A DNA stretch of 64,000 nt from Gammaproteobacteria bacterium (GCA_013001575.1 JABDMI010000029.1:4792-68791), one strand, 5' to 3'. Counted from the stretch's first letter, positions 1 through 10,303 are shown. The notes: generated by a model not told the origin, from the sequence alone. Made by a program: numbers and translations.

Positions 1-150
1 AGCCGAAGTATCGGGTTTAATCTCCACTTGCGGCTGACTTGTTGTCGGGCGGCGAGTAGAATACCAAAAAAGTCCTGACTAATCCGGCTTTTATGCGCTT
101 TGTTTAACTAAAAATTATACCCGTATTTCTATCCCAGGCAGCAGATCAAA

Positions 151-966
151 TTGACTGATAACGCGATTACACAAGCACTTGAAAATGTACGCATCGTTCT
201 GGTGGGCACAACTCACTCCGGAAACATAGGGTCCAGTGCGCGAGCCATGAAAACCATGGGATTATCCGACCTGCATGTGGTTAATCCCTGTAAATTTTCG
301 GCGCGCAATGGTGATGCCCATGCCTTGGCTTCGGGCGCTCTGGATGTATTGTCAGGGGCGCAACGGCATACGGACCTGGCCTCGGCAATCTCGGACTGTG
401 GTGTGGTGATTGGGGCGAGTGCTCGTTTACGCGCGTCCAGATGGCCTCAACTGGATCCGGTGGAAGCGGCTGAGAAATTGCTGGAATACTCGGAAAATCA
501 ACCAGTTGCGCTGGTTTTTGGGCGTGAGCGGAGTGGCCTGAGCAATGATGAACTGGATCATTGCCAATATTTGACCCACATAAACGCAAATCCGGAATAC
601 AGCTCATTGAATTTGGCCATGGCCGTGCAGGTGTACGCCTATACCCTGCGTATGCAGTTTTTGAATTCAGTGAAGAGCAGAGTGTTGCAATCTCCTGAAA
701 CCGATACAATGCATCCGGACGACGTGCCGGCGACTGCCGGTGAGTTGAACTTTTTATTCACGCGTTTGGAAAAGCTCCTGGATAAAGTGGACTTCCTGTT
801 TCAGCAAGACCCGCAATACATGGTGCGCAAGATCAAACGAATGATCTACCGTGCTGAACTGGAACACAAAGAGGTTAATATTGTCCAAGGGATATTGACT
901 TCGATTGAGAACAAGATAAATAAACTGGAAACACAACTGAGTCAAAACACGACTGAATCAGAATAA
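151..966 (+). CDS. trmJ: tRNA (cytidine/uridine-2'-O)-methyltransferase TrmJ (SpoU/TrmH class)
   Basis: The N-terminus RIVLVGTTHSGNIGSSARAMKTMGL parallels E. coli TrmJ. TTG start. It lies just upstream of iscS, as in other gammaproteobacteria. Confidence 0.8.
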   Translation: MTDNAITQALENVRIVLVGTTHSGNIGSSARAMKTMGLSDLHVVNPCKFSARNGDAHALASGALDVLSGAQRHTDLASAISDCGVVIGASARLRASRWPQLDPVEAAEKLLEYSENQPVALVFGRERSGLSNDELDHCQYLTHINANPEYSSLNLAMAVQVYAYTLRMQFLNSVKSRVLQSPETDTMHPDDVPATAGELNFLFTRLEKLLDKVDFLFQQDPQYMVRKIKRMIYRAELEHKEVNIVQGILTSIENKINKLETQLSQNTTESE

Positions 967-1006
967 TAAGCAGCCAGATAACTAAAGATCACACTAATAC
1001 CTTTGC

Positions 1007-2260
1007 ATGAGCTCATCGCCAAAAAAATCATCGACTTCCGACGATTGTCGTCACAATAAAACCATTTATCTGGATTACGCGGCAACAACTCCGGTTGATC
1101 CGCGCGTGGCAGAAAAAATGATGCATTGTCTGACGCTTGATGGTTGTTTTGCGAATCCTGCCTCCAGCAGTCATCATTTGGGCCGACAGGCACGTGGCAA
1201 GATTGAAATGGCCAGACGTCAGGTTGCCAGTTTAATCAATGCACAAGCCGAAGACATAATCTGGACGTCCGGCGCAACCGAGTCGGACAATCTGGCCTTA
1301 AAAGGTGTTGCCTATTACCACACCGAAATTGATCATAATAATAAACAAGCCATTAAGCGTAAACACATTGTGACTTGCCGAACCGAGCACAAGGCCGTAT
1401 TGGATACTTGCAAATACCTCGAGTCGGAAGGGTATGCGGTTACCTATTTGAAGCCTGAATGCAATGGTCGTGTGTGCCTGCAACAGTTCCGCGAAGCTTT
1501 GCGTGAAGATACTGTGCTGGTTTCTATCATGCATGTGAATAACGAGATTGGTGTAATTCAGGATATTGAGGCAATTGCCGAGATCTGTCAGACGCGCGGG
1601 ATCGTATTCCACGTGGATGCCGCTCAAAGTGCCGGGAAAATTGTACTGGATGTAGAAAAGATCCCGGTCGACCTGTTGTCTTTCTCGGCACACAAAATAT
1701 ACGGCCCGAAAGGCATAGGGGCTTTATATGTCAGGGCCGCCCAGCGCGTGCAAGTTGAGCCCCTCATCCACGGTGGAGGGCATGAGGCCGGATTGCGTTC
1801 AGGCACTTTAGCAACCCACCAGATCGTTGGTATGGGCGAGGCCTTTGCCTTGGCCAGGCAAGAGTTGGAAAACGATAATCAGCATATTTTGAAATTACGA
1901 CAAAAACTTTTGCACGGCATCAAAGTGCTGGGCGGGATCACGATCAACGGTTTTGAAAACTGTTTTGATGAGCAAGGCAAGCTGCAACAATTGCCAGGTA
2001 TTTTGAACGTCAGTTTTGATGGAATCGAAGGTGAAAGTTTGTTGTACGCCTTGTGTGAATTGGCCGTGTCCAGTGGTTCGGCGTGTACTTCGGCCAGTGC
2101 GGAACCATCCTATGTGTTACGTGCCCTGGGTCGTGATGACCAATCTGCACAAAGTTCGATCCGTTTCAGTATCGGGCGCTTTACCACCGACGCAGATATC
2201 GAGCGCGCCATCGAGGTCATACAAACCCAGGTCAGACGTATACGGGCATTTGCCGCATGA
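1007..2260 (+). CDS. iscS: Cysteine desulfurase IscS (group I), lacking the usual C-terminal tail
   Basis: Nearly colinear with E. coli IscS by eye: [22 protein letters not shown]-lysine region [19 protein letters not shown], and active-site loop SSGSACTS. It ends about 20 aa earlier than E. coli IscS. Confidence 0.9.
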   Translation: MSSSPKKSSTSDDCRHNKTIYLDYAATTPVDPRVAEKMMHCLTLDGCFANPASSSHHLGRQARGKIEMARRQVASLINAQAEDIIWTSGATESDNLALKGVAYYHTEIDHNNKQAIKRKHIVTCRTEHKAVLDTCKYLESEGYAVTYLKPECNGRVCLQQFREALREDTVLVSIMHVNNEIGVIQDIEAIAEICQTRGIVFHVDAAQSAGKIVLDVEKIPVDLLSFSAHKIYGPKGIGALYVRAAQRVQVEPLIHGGGHEAGLRSGTLATHQIVGMGEAFALARQELENDNQHILKLRQKLLHGIKVLGGITINGFENCFDEQGKLQQLPGILNVSFDGIEGESLLYALCELAVSSGSACTSASAEPSYVLRALGRDDQSAQSSIRFSIGRFTTDADIERAIEVIQTQVRRIRAFAA

Positions 2261-2613
2261 GTATGCAATATAATACATTTGTCTCCGAGGCCTTCAGCAA
2301 TCCGCGTCATTTATTTGACGAGCAGGTGGAGCTATCGCGTACCGAGCAGAGTTCGGCCGGGGCACGTGAGCAGGGTGTATGGTTCAAGTTGATCTTCGAC
2401 CAGCCTAATCACCGACTCTACTACAAAGTGTATGGCAATCCGTATGCGATTGCAGCCGCCGAATATCTGGCGCGCGAAGTTTCCGCAAAATCCATAGAAA
2501 TCGGACAAAAACTTGATCTGGAAAATTTACGCGAGTTGCTGGATATGCCATATCCTTATTTGCACATATTGCTGAGTCTGGAAGATGCCTGGAATGCCCT
2601 ACAGCCCCAATAA
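2257..2613 (+). CDS. IscU/NifU-N-like protein lacking all cysteine ligands
   Basis: ATGA overlap with the iscS stop. Aligns by eye with IscU: NPRHLF vs [19 protein letters not shown] vs [27 protein letters not shown] vs FKTYGCGSAIASSS, and [15 protein letters not shown] vs KIHCSILAEDAIKAA. The 118-aa product contains zero Cys. Confidence 0.7.
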   Translation: MSMQYNTFVSEAFSNPRHLFDEQVELSRTEQSSAGAREQGVWFKLIFDQPNHRLYYKVYGNPYAIAAAEYLAREVSAKSIEIGQKLDLENLRELLDMPYPYLHILLSLEDAWNALQPQ

Positions 2614-2675
2614 TTTGTTTCAAAATGCACACTCGTTCACAAATACATACCTCTCTAAAATGTTAGAATAGAGCC

Positions 2676-3011
2676 ATGAACCAAGCACAAAAGATCACCC
2701 TCACGCAGGCCGCCGCAGAGCGGGTAGCAGGCTTTATCCAGCAAGAAAAGAACAGCCTCGGCTTACGTTTCGGGGTTAAAAAGACCGGCTGTAACGGTTA
2801 CGCCTATGTCATTAATATGGCGCAAGACATTGCGGCTAATGACACGGTGTTCGAAGATCAGGGTATCAAGATCATTGTTGACGCCGAAAGCCTGCCGTTT
2901 CTCGCTGGCACCCAGATCGATTTCGTCAAACAGGGTTTGAACGAAGCTTTTCAATTCCGCAATCCCAAGGTCACCGGCGAATGCGGCTGTGGCGAGAGTT
3001 TCAGTATTTAA
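2676..3011 (+). CDS. iscA: A-type iron-sulfur carrier (IscA/ErpA/HesB family)
   Basis: The 111-aa product has the GCNGY motif and the C-terminal CGCGESF signature of A-type carriers. Confidence 0.85.
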   Translation: MNQAQKITLTQAAAERVAGFIQQEKNSLGLRFGVKKTGCNGYAYVINMAQDIAANDTVFEDQGIKIIVDAESLPFLAGTQIDFVKQGLNEAFQFRNPKVTGECGCGESFSI

Positions 3012-3361
3012 CTCAGAAATAATCCTTGTTGCGATTATTCACGTAATCCTCATTTTTTAAGAGAATAAGAGTGACCCAATATAACTGGTGTCACGGGTTT
3101 ACTGTCACGGATGGAAAATTCGGTTCGATGGCAAATGCCCGGGTGAGTGGATAATTCACTTTCCCTACTAATAAGGATAGGGCTGAGATATTCACACTCG
3201 ATATACGTAGAGATTGGTGTGAGCAGCAGCCAGATCCAAGTTCTTCAATGTGCGACCTCATTTCAGGGTAAAATATCGCCCTTTATTTGCTCATTATTTG
3301 ATCGAAATTACTCGACCGAGCTAGCCATTTTATTTAATTAATACCCAAGATTGGAGCCCCC

Positions 3362-3787
3362 ATGTCTGTTGAACGCACTATTTCTATTATCAAACCCGAT
3401 GCCGTAGCCAAAAACGTAATTGGCCAGATCTATTCCCGTTTTGAGAACGCCGGTCTTAAGATCGTTGCGGCCAAAATGAAGCATTTGAGCAAATCTGAAG
3501 CGGAAGGTTTTTATGCGGTGCATAAAGAGCGTCCGTTTTTCAATGATCTGGTGGCGTTCATGACCTCGGGTCCCGTTATGGTTCAGGTCCTGGAAGGTAA
3601 GAATGCGGTCGCAAAAAATCGCGAACTCATGGGTGCCACTAATCCGCAAGAAGCCGATGCCGGTACCATTCGGGCCGATTTTGCCGAAAGCATTGATGCC
3701 AACGCCGTACACGGTTCGGACAGTCTGGAAAATGCTGCAATCGAAACCGCGTACTTTTTCCCGGTTACAGAATTGTGCCCACGTTAA
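3362..3787 (+). CDS. ndk: Nucleoside diphosphate kinase
   Basis: [20 protein letters not shown] and an overall 141-aa Ndk layout. RBS GGAG lies upstream. Confidence 0.95.
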   Translation: MSVERTISIIKPDAVAKNVIGQIYSRFENAGLKIVAAKMKHLSKSEAEGFYAVHKERPFFNDLVAFMTSGPVMVQVLEGKNAVAKNRELMGATNPQEADAGTIRADFAESIDANAVHGSDSLENAAIETAYFFPVTELCPR

Positions 3788-3842
3788 TTCAAGTACTGTA
3801 AAGCCAAACTGAACTCTTCCAGGTCTATTCACACCAAGTCTT

Positions 3843-5024
3843 ATGAGTATAGATATTCCAATCCAGGTTGAAAGTAATCCACCGATTACTGAGAACAAGT
3901 CGCAACAGAATTTGTTGGGCATGACGCGTACGGGACTGGAAAAGTTTTTTGCAGGTCTGGGTGAGAAACCATTTCGTGCCCGTCAGATCATGAAATGGAT
4001 CTACAAAAAAGGTGCGGCAGATTTTTCACAAATGACCGACCTGTCTAAAAAACTTCGTGAGAAACTCCTTGCGGAAGCCAATTTGACGGTGCCCGAGATT
4101 ATGACCACGCAACACTCTGCGGATGGCACGCGTAAATGGTTACTGCGCATGGATTCAAGTCAGGGGATCGAGACGGTATTTATTCCCGATGGTGCACGCG
4201 GTACCCTGTGTGTATCCTCACAAGTGGGTTGTGCGCTGGATTGTTCGTTTTGTTCTACGGCGCAACAAGGGTTTAACCGCAATCTGAGTGCAGCCGAAAT
4301 TGTCGGTCAAGTATGGCTGGCGCAACGCGAACTGGCACTTGAACGTGGTATCGATCTATTGAATTCGACCACCCCGGAACGCATTATCACCAATGTTGTT
4401 TTTATGGGGATGGGAGAGCCATTGGCCAATTATCGTGAAGTGGTACCGGCCATGCAGATCTTGCGGGATGATATTGGCTTTGATCTGTCGCGTCGTCGTG
4501 TCACCCTGAGTACTTCCGGATTAGTCCCGCAATTGAATAAACTCGCGGCAGAAGTAGATGTTGCCCTGGCAGTTTCCTTGCACGCTCCAAGCAATGATCT
4601 ACGTAATGAACTGGTTCCTATCAATCGCAAACATCCGATTGAAGAATTACTGCCGGCCTGTTGGGATTATTTGCAAAAAACCAAAGGGCGAAATGTGACG
4701 TTTGAATACGTGATGTTGCAAGAAGTGAATGATCATCCTGAACAGGCACATGCATTAGCCGATTTACTGAAAAACAAAACTTACGCGGCTAAAGTCAATC
4801 TAATTCCGTTTAACCCGTTCCCGGGAACGGAGTACCAACGCTCGAGTGGAAACCGGATCGAACGCTTCCGGAAAATTTTGGCATCAAAAGGTGTTATTGC
4901 AACCACCCGGCGTACCCGGGGCGATGACATTGACGCGGCTTGTGGCCAATTGGCCGGAAAAGTAGCCAACCGGGTTAAAAAACGAATGGGAAATAAACGC
5001 TTTAGTAATACATCTGAGGCCTGA
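3843..5024 (+). CDS. rlmN: 23S rRNA/tRNA A-C2 methyltransferase RlmN (radical SAM)
   Basis: Radical-SAM motif CALDCSFCST, FRARQIMKWIY, and C-terminal DIDAACGQL. The true start may be the internal Met (MTRTGLEKFF). Confidence 0.9.
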   Translation: MSIDIPIQVESNPPITENKSQQNLLGMTRTGLEKFFAGLGEKPFRARQIMKWIYKKGAADFSQMTDLSKKLREKLLAEANLTVPEIMTTQHSADGTRKWLLRMDSSQGIETVFIPDGARGTLCVSSQVGCALDCSFCSTAQQGFNRNLSAAEIVGQVWLAQRELALERGIDLLNSTTPERIITNVVFMGMGEPLANYREVVPAMQILRDDIGFDLSRRRVTLSTSGLVPQLNKLAAEVDVALAVSLHAPSNDLRNELVPINRKHPIEELLPACWDYLQKTKGRNVTFEYVMLQEVNDHPEQAHALADLLKNKTYAAKVNLIPFNPFPGTEYQRSSGNRIERFRKILASKGVIATTRRTRGDDIDAACGQLAGKVANRVKKRMGNKRFSNTSEA

Positions 5025-5072
5025 AAAATCGCTATACTTAGACTCGGATACACAGTAACAGGTAAATAATCT

Positions 5073-5930
5073 ATGCGAAATTCAGTAATGTTCAATCGTT
5101 CAACACGCAAGTGTTCAATTCGCCTGATGTTAGTACTTGGTTTGTTCCCGCTAATTTTTACCAGCGCATGTGTCTCAATTAACACCGGGCAACCAGCAAC
5201 TACCGCAAATACAAATAAATTGCCACAACAGAGCAAGCGTAACACTGAATCAAAAGTTTCTTTGGAAGAAGCAGCACGCTTTAACATGACCCTGGGTGCA
5301 CAATATCTAAAACAAAATGACCTCGAACAGGCGATAAACAAACTTAACAAAGCGGTTACCCAGCAACCTAATCTCGCCCTGGCACATGCTTATCTTGGCT
5401 TCGCGCATGAACAAATAGGTGATCTGCCCAAGGCTAAAATTCACTACGCACGCGCGATAAAACTTGATCCAAGTGACCCGGTGGCATTGAATAATTACGG
5501 CACTTTTTTATGTCGCCAGAATGATGTTCGCGAGTCTTTGGTGTATTTTGAAAAAGCGGCTGAAAACCGTCTCTATCAAACACCGGACGCGGCCTATGCC
5601 AATGCCGGAGTATGTGCGCGAAAAATTCCTGACCTGGTTGCGGCAAATAAATATTTTCGTAAAGCGATCGGGGTGAATCCGAAATACACTCCGGCTTATT
5701 ACCATTTGGCTGACCTTAGTCTGGAACAAGGCAAGCCTGATGCGGCACGCGAGTTTTTGAAAAGCTTGACTAAATACACACCGGAAAGCAGCCAGTCTGC
5801 CGATTATTTGTGGTTGGGTTTCCGTATTGAGCGTGCGGCCAGGAATTACGATAAGGCCGGTTATTACTCTGTGCAATTACAACAAAAATATCCGTCTTCA
5901 AAACAAGCCAAGCAGTTGCTTGATCGCTAA
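5073..5930 (+). CDS. pilW: TPR lipoprotein, type IV pilus biogenesis/stability protein PilW (PilF)-like
   Basis: Lipobox FTSAC, multiple TPR units, and a conserved position after rlmN. Confidence 0.7.
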   Translation: MRNSVMFNRSTRKCSIRLMLVLGLFPLIFTSACVSINTGQPATTANTNKLPQQSKRNTESKVSLEEAARFNMTLGAQYLKQNDLEQAINKLNKAVTQQPNLALAHAYLGFAHEQIGDLPKAKIHYARAIKLDPSDPVALNNYGTFLCRQNDVRESLVYFEKAAENRLYQTPDAAYANAGVCARKIPDLVAANKYFRKAIGVNPKYTPAYYHLADLSLEQGKPDAAREFLKSLTKYTPESSQSADYLWLGFRIERAARNYDKAGYYSVQLQQKYPSSKQAKQLLDR

Positions 5931-5946
5931 AGACCGGTTCTGAATT

Positions 5947-7005
5947 ATGACTGAAGCAGAAAATCTGGATAAAGATATCAACTCAGGCGAACAATCGGTG
6001 CGAAACGTTTTATCGCCGGGCAGCATGCTACGCAATAAACGTGATGCCCTGGGTCTGGAATTAAAGGATATTGCCCGCGAATTGAATCTCGACACCTGGA
6101 TGTTAACCGCGATTGAAGCCGATGAATTTAACCGTTTTGGCGCCCAGGTCTTTGCCAAAGGCCACCTTAAACATTACGCCCAGCATCTCGGATTAAATCC
6201 GGACGATGTTTTGTTTGCCTATTATCAGGTTGCCCAACCCAAAGAAACCACACCGGTAATTAAACAGAACCTGAGTAGCACCAAAAACCGAAAATCTCAT
6301 GCAAAATTTAGTAAATGGTTTATGCGCTTTCTGGCCTTGCTAACCGTTGCAGCTCTGGTGTATGCAGCTGTTATATTGGTACAGTTATGGTTAAAGGACG
6401 CACAGGAAAATTCGGGCAATGATTCTGTAATCCCGGTTCCGGTTAATTCTGCAGCTATTCAATCAGATTCATCCCTGTCAGAAGATCAGACCTCTAGCAG
6501 TTCAGCAAACAATGAGAAGTCTCTGAGGCTCGCTTTGCCGCAAGCATCAGATGAGATAACAGCACAAGCGCAAGATTTGTCGAATGCCATGTCAGAGCAA
6601 TCGACTAATTTAGCCGTAGCACTGAATAACGAGGAAACAGATCTACCTGCACAAGAAGATGTCCCGCAACAAGTTAATCAAGAACCGCTAGATTCCATCG
6701 CTCAGAACAATGAACCCAAAAGTCTTCTAAATGTGGCATCAAATAATAATGCCAGCAATAATGTACTGCAGTTTAATTTTTTGGAAAGTTCCTGGATTGA
6801 AGTTATTGCTGAAAATGGACAGCGCTTGATCTATGGCATGGCAAATCAAGGCACTGTACGCGATATCAATATAAATGGTCCAACAGAAATATTTTTGGGC
6901 AATGCGCAAGGTACGCGTATTTTACTGAATGGCAGTTTTTATGATATACCTGCCAATGCCAGAGCAGGCCGTACTGCGCGCTTTGTATTAGAGCCCGGCC
7001 AATAA
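5947..7005 (+). CDS. rodZ: RodZ-like cytoskeleton protein (HTH, TM, DUF4115)
   Basis: N-terminal HTH (LRNKRDALGLELKDIARELNL), a single TM segment, a low-complexity linker, and a C-terminal beta domain (SSWIEVIAENGQRLIYG). Confidence 0.75.
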   Translation: MTEAENLDKDINSGEQSVRNVLSPGSMLRNKRDALGLELKDIARELNLDTWMLTAIEADEFNRFGAQVFAKGHLKHYAQHLGLNPDDVLFAYYQVAQPKETTPVIKQNLSSTKNRKSHAKFSKWFMRFLALLTVAALVYAAVILVQLWLKDAQENSGNDSVIPVPVNSAAIQSDSSLSEDQTSSSSANNEKSLRLALPQASDEITAQAQDLSNAMSEQSTNLAVALNNEETDLPAQEDVPQQVNQEPLDSIAQNNEPKSLLNVASNNNASNNVLQFNFLESSWIEVIAENGQRLIYGMANQGTVRDININGPTEIFLGNAQGTRILLNGSFYDIPANARAGRTARFVLEPGQ

Positions 7006-7102
7006 GTCTGTCGGTGTCCTGAATTTGGCTTGATTTGTTACAAATATTTCTGATCGTTTTCGATTTTACCCATTCACGCACAAAGCGAAATGAGAGATTT
7101 CA

Positions 7103-8383
7103 GTGTCTAAAATAATCCAATCACTACGTGGTATGAACGATATTCTGCCAAACGAGACACCCCACTGGCAGTTTCTGGAAAACACAGTGCGCGAAATACT
7201 TTCATCCTATGCATACCGTGAAATTAGATTCCCGGTAGTCGAGCACACCGAGTTGTTTAAGCGTTCTATTGGTGAAGTGACCGATATTGTTGAAAAAGAA
7301 ATGTATTCATTCGGTGGCGACGATCACAAAAAATATTCCCTGCGGCCGGAAGGTACGGCAGGCTGTGTGCGTGCCGGTATTAGCAACGGCTTGCTGTATA
7401 ACCAAACACAGAAGTTGTGGTACATGGGACCAATGTTTCGGCATGAGAAGCCGCAAGAAGGGCGTTATCGTCAATTTCACCAGATAGGTGCAGAAGCGTT
7501 TGGTTTTGCCGGACCCGAAGTGGACGCTGAACTGATCATGCTCACAGCCAGACTTTGGAAAAAGCTCGGTTTATCCCCAATGCTTGAAATAAATTCAATT
7601 GGAAGCTCGGAAACCCGTGTGCAATACCGTACAGCGCTGGTTGGGTATTTTACCTCTCATCGGGACTTGCTGGATGAAGATAGTTTAAGACGCCTGGAGC
7701 GAAATCCGATGCGCATTTTGGACAGCAAAATTCCCCAGACGCAGGAACTGGTTAAAAATGCACCTGTGTTATCCGCGTTTCTAAACCAGGAAGAGCAAGA
7801 CCACTTCCTGGGTTTGCAAAATTTGCTTGATGATGCCGGGATCACTTATCGGGTCAACCCCAGACTGGTGCGTGGACTGGACTATTATTCACTCACGGTT
7901 TTTGAATGGATCACTGATCAGTTAGGTGCTCAGAATGCCATATGTTCAGGCGGGCGATACGACGGCCTGGTTGAGCAATTAGGTGGAAAACCTTGCAAAG
8001 CGGTTGGCTGGGCCATGGGCATTGAAAGGGTTGTGTTGCTTTTAAAACAAGCAAATATTCAGATTCCAGATACACATCCCGAGCTGTACCTGGTTTTGGA
8101 TGCTGCTGCAGAAGTCAAAAGGGCTGGTTTTCAATTGGCCGAAAAGATACGTGACGGGTTAAATGGGGTAAAATTAGAGGTTTACTGCGGTCATGCAGGG
8201 TTTAAGTCGCAATTAAAGCAGGCAGATAAAAGCGGTGCGCAATTTGCATTGATACTGGGCCAAGATGAATTGGCCAAAAATTGCATAAGCCTTAAAAATT
8301 TGAGGGTTCGCAGTGAACAAGAATCGCTTGCTTTTAATGACATTATTAGCGAATTGTGCAAACGACTTGAATCGCAAAGCTGA
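7103..8383 (+). CDS. hisS: Histidine--tRNA ligase
   Basis: GTG start. Class II motifs are present: LRGMNDILP, YRQFHQIGAEAFG, GGRYDGL. Confidence 0.95.
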   Translation: MSKIIQSLRGMNDILPNETPHWQFLENTVREILSSYAYREIRFPVVEHTELFKRSIGEVTDIVEKEMYSFGGDDHKKYSLRPEGTAGCVRAGISNGLLYNQTQKLWYMGPMFRHEKPQEGRYRQFHQIGAEAFGFAGPEVDAELIMLTARLWKKLGLSPMLEINSIGSSETRVQYRTALVGYFTSHRDLLDEDSLRRLERNPMRILDSKIPQTQELVKNAPVLSAFLNQEEQDHFLGLQNLLDDAGITYRVNPRLVRGLDYYSLTVFEWITDQLGAQNAICSGGRYDGLVEQLGGKPCKAVGWAMGIERVVLLLKQANIQIPDTHPELYLVLDAAAEVKRAGFQLAEKIRDGLNGVKLEVYCGHAGFKSQLKQADKSGAQFALILGQDELAKNCISLKNLRVRSEQESLAFNDIISELCKRLESQS

Positions 8384-8456
8384 ACAGGATTCTAACCAGC
8401 AGTAATTACAATAGAAAAATTAACAGAACAATTCTTTAGGTGCAAACAGGATAATC

Positions 8457-9092
8457 ATGAGCGAATATTTGAGTGATGCTGAACAAAAACAGCAAATAGT
8501 AGATTGGTGGAATGAGAACGGTAAATTTATTGTTACCGGGGTTGGGCTTGGACTTGTTGCTATATTCGCATGGCGTGGCTGGACGGCTTATCTCGATAAA
8601 CAAGCGGGTGCGGCTTCCATTGTTTTCGAAGATATGGTCACGGCGGTTAATGAAGGCGAGAGTGATACGGCAAAGAATCACTTGTCGACTCTGACTGATA
8701 AATACAAAAGTACGGCGTATTATCCCCACGCCCAGATGCTCATGGCCAAAGTCGCATTGGAGTCTGGAAATTTGGCTGACGCAGCAACGGCTTTGGAGCA
8801 AGCGATCAGCACCAGCAAAGATGCCGAGCTCACAGAGCTTGCGAATTTTCGTTTAGCCAAGGTCTATTTGGCCCAACAGAATTTTGATGCTGCGCTTACC
8901 ACTATCGCAAAAGTTAAAAGCGAATCTTACATACCACTGGTCGAAGAGCTACGTGGCGACATTTTTCGCGCCCAAGGCAATATAAATGATGCGCGGTTTG
9001 CGTATGAAAAGGCTCAAACTGCGATGTTGGAAACTCCAATCGGTGACCCGAACCTCTTGCAAATGAAATTGTCTGATCTCGGTAAAAAATAA
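8457..9092 (+). CDS. yfgM: YfgM-family membrane-anchored TPR-like protein
   Basis: N-terminal EQKQQIVDWWNENGK followed by a TM segment and a TPR-like C-terminus. It sits at the conserved hisS-yfgM-bamB-der position. Confidence 0.7.
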   Translation: MSEYLSDAEQKQQIVDWWNENGKFIVTGVGLGLVAIFAWRGWTAYLDKQAGAASIVFEDMVTAVNEGESDTAKNHLSTLTDKYKSTAYYPHAQMLMAKVALESGNLADAATALEQAISTSKDAELTELANFRLAKVYLAQQNFDAALTTIAKVKSESYIPLVEELRGDIFRAQGNINDARFAYEKAQTAMLETPIGDPNLLQMKLSDLGKK

Positions 9093-9109
9093 AAACACCA
9101 GGAAGTAAT

Positions 9110-10303
9110 ATGCATTACTCAGAAAAATACAATACATTGTCTCGCGCTACACGTTTGCTCAGTCTAATGCTAATGGCTATCATGCTTTCAGCCTGTAGTG
9201 TTTTGAACATTTTTAATCAAAGCTCTGAAGAAACCCGGGTGCCAGCCGAGCTGAAAGATATTACCCCGTCACTCGGTGTTAAACAGATCTGGAGTACCAG
9301 CGTAGGAGATTATGCACAAGGTCTTGGTTATGGCTTAACTCCGGCGATCAGCAATGAAATTGTCTATGTCGCCAGTAACAACGGCGTAGTTACAGCCCTG
9401 AACGCGATCACTGGTAAACAACTATGGTCTACGCCAACACGCGTTGCTCTTGCTGCCGGACCCGGGGCAGGATCCGGACGAGTTGTGGTTGGCAGTAATA
9501 ATGGTGATGTGATTGCTTTGGATGCAACGGATGGCGCAGAGCTTTGGCGTACCAAGGTAAAAGGTGAGATTTTAGCAGCGCCAGCTGTTGGTACTAGTGA
9601 AGTTGCTGTGCGTTCGGCGAATGGCACACTCAGTGTTTTTAATTCTAATAATGGCAATGAGCTATGGAAAGACGTACAAGAAGTTCCGCGTCTAAGTTTA
9701 CGAGGGTACTCCTCACCAATAGTAACAAGTGGCGTGGTTATTACCGCAAGTGACGGCGGTAAGGTTTCTTCTTTTCGAGCTTTAGACGGTGCGGTTGTTT
9801 GGGAGCGTCTAATCGGCTTGCCAAGGGGCAGCACAGAGTTGGATCGCATAATTGATATCGATGGCAAGTTGGCCTTGAATGATGCCAATCTTTTCGTGGT
9901 TGGCTATAACTCCAGACTGGCAAAAATTGACGCACGAACCGGAAACATTATTTGGGCGCATGATCATTCCAGCAATACCGGGGTCAATGTAGATTTTAAA
10001 AATGTTTATTTGAGTGATGTTGATGGAAACGTCCTTGCTTATGATCAGGAAGTTGGCTCGCAGCAATGGAAAAGCCAAGAATATAAATATCGTCAACTCA
10101 GTGCACCAGGTGTAACAGCAAAGGCACTTGTGCTGGGTGACCTGGCTGGTTTTGTGCATTTTTTGTCGCCACAAGACGGCAGTACCATTGCACGACAAAA
10201 GATCAGCAAGGCGGCTATACGCATGCCGCCTCTTACCCAGGATAACCGGGTCTATGTATTTGCCGATGATGGCAAGCTGGTTGCTTTTCAGGTAACTCAG
10301 TAA
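9110..10303 (+). CDS. bamB: Outer membrane protein assembly factor BamB
   Basis: Lipobox LSAC. Repeated PQQ-like beta-propeller blades (G.LWS, GAELWR, GNELWK, G.VVWE, GNIIWA). Confidence 0.85.
   Translation: MHYSEKYNTLSRATRLLSLMLMAIMLSACSVLNIFNQSSEETRVPAELKDITPSLGVKQIWSTSVGDYAQGLGYGLTPAISNEIVYVASNNGVVTALNAITGKQLWSTPTRVALAAGPGAGSGRVVVGSNNGDVIALDATDGAELWRTKVKGEILAAPAVGTSEVAVRSANGTLSVFNSNNGNELWKDVQEVPRLSLRGYSSPIVTSGVVITASDGGKVSSFRALDGAVVWERLIGLPRGSTELDRIIDIDGKLALNDANLFVVGYNSRLAKIDARTGNIIWAHDHSSNTGVNVDFKNVYLSDVDGNVLAYDQEVGSQQWKSQEYKYRQLSAPGVTAKALVLGDLAGFVHFLSPQDGSTIARQKISKAAIRMPPLTQDNRVYVFADDGKLVAFQVTQ

Noticed and set aside
1-150. A possible partial gene at the left edge of the window.
   Set aside because: No convincing open frame or motif is visible on either strand in the 150 bp. 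It is most likely the trmJ promoter and leader region.
3061-3144. A 27-codon GTG ORF (VTQYNWCHGFTVTDGKFGSMANARVSG) in the iscA-ndk gap.
   Set aside because: It is too short, has a poor RBS, and has no recognisable family. It is mentioned only as a possible remnant within the gap finding.
3338-3922. A 194-aa minus-strand ORF overlapping ndk and the rlmN 5' end.
   Set aside because: It is antisense to the unambiguous ndk gene. It has no recognisable motifs and its composition is typical of a shadow ORF.
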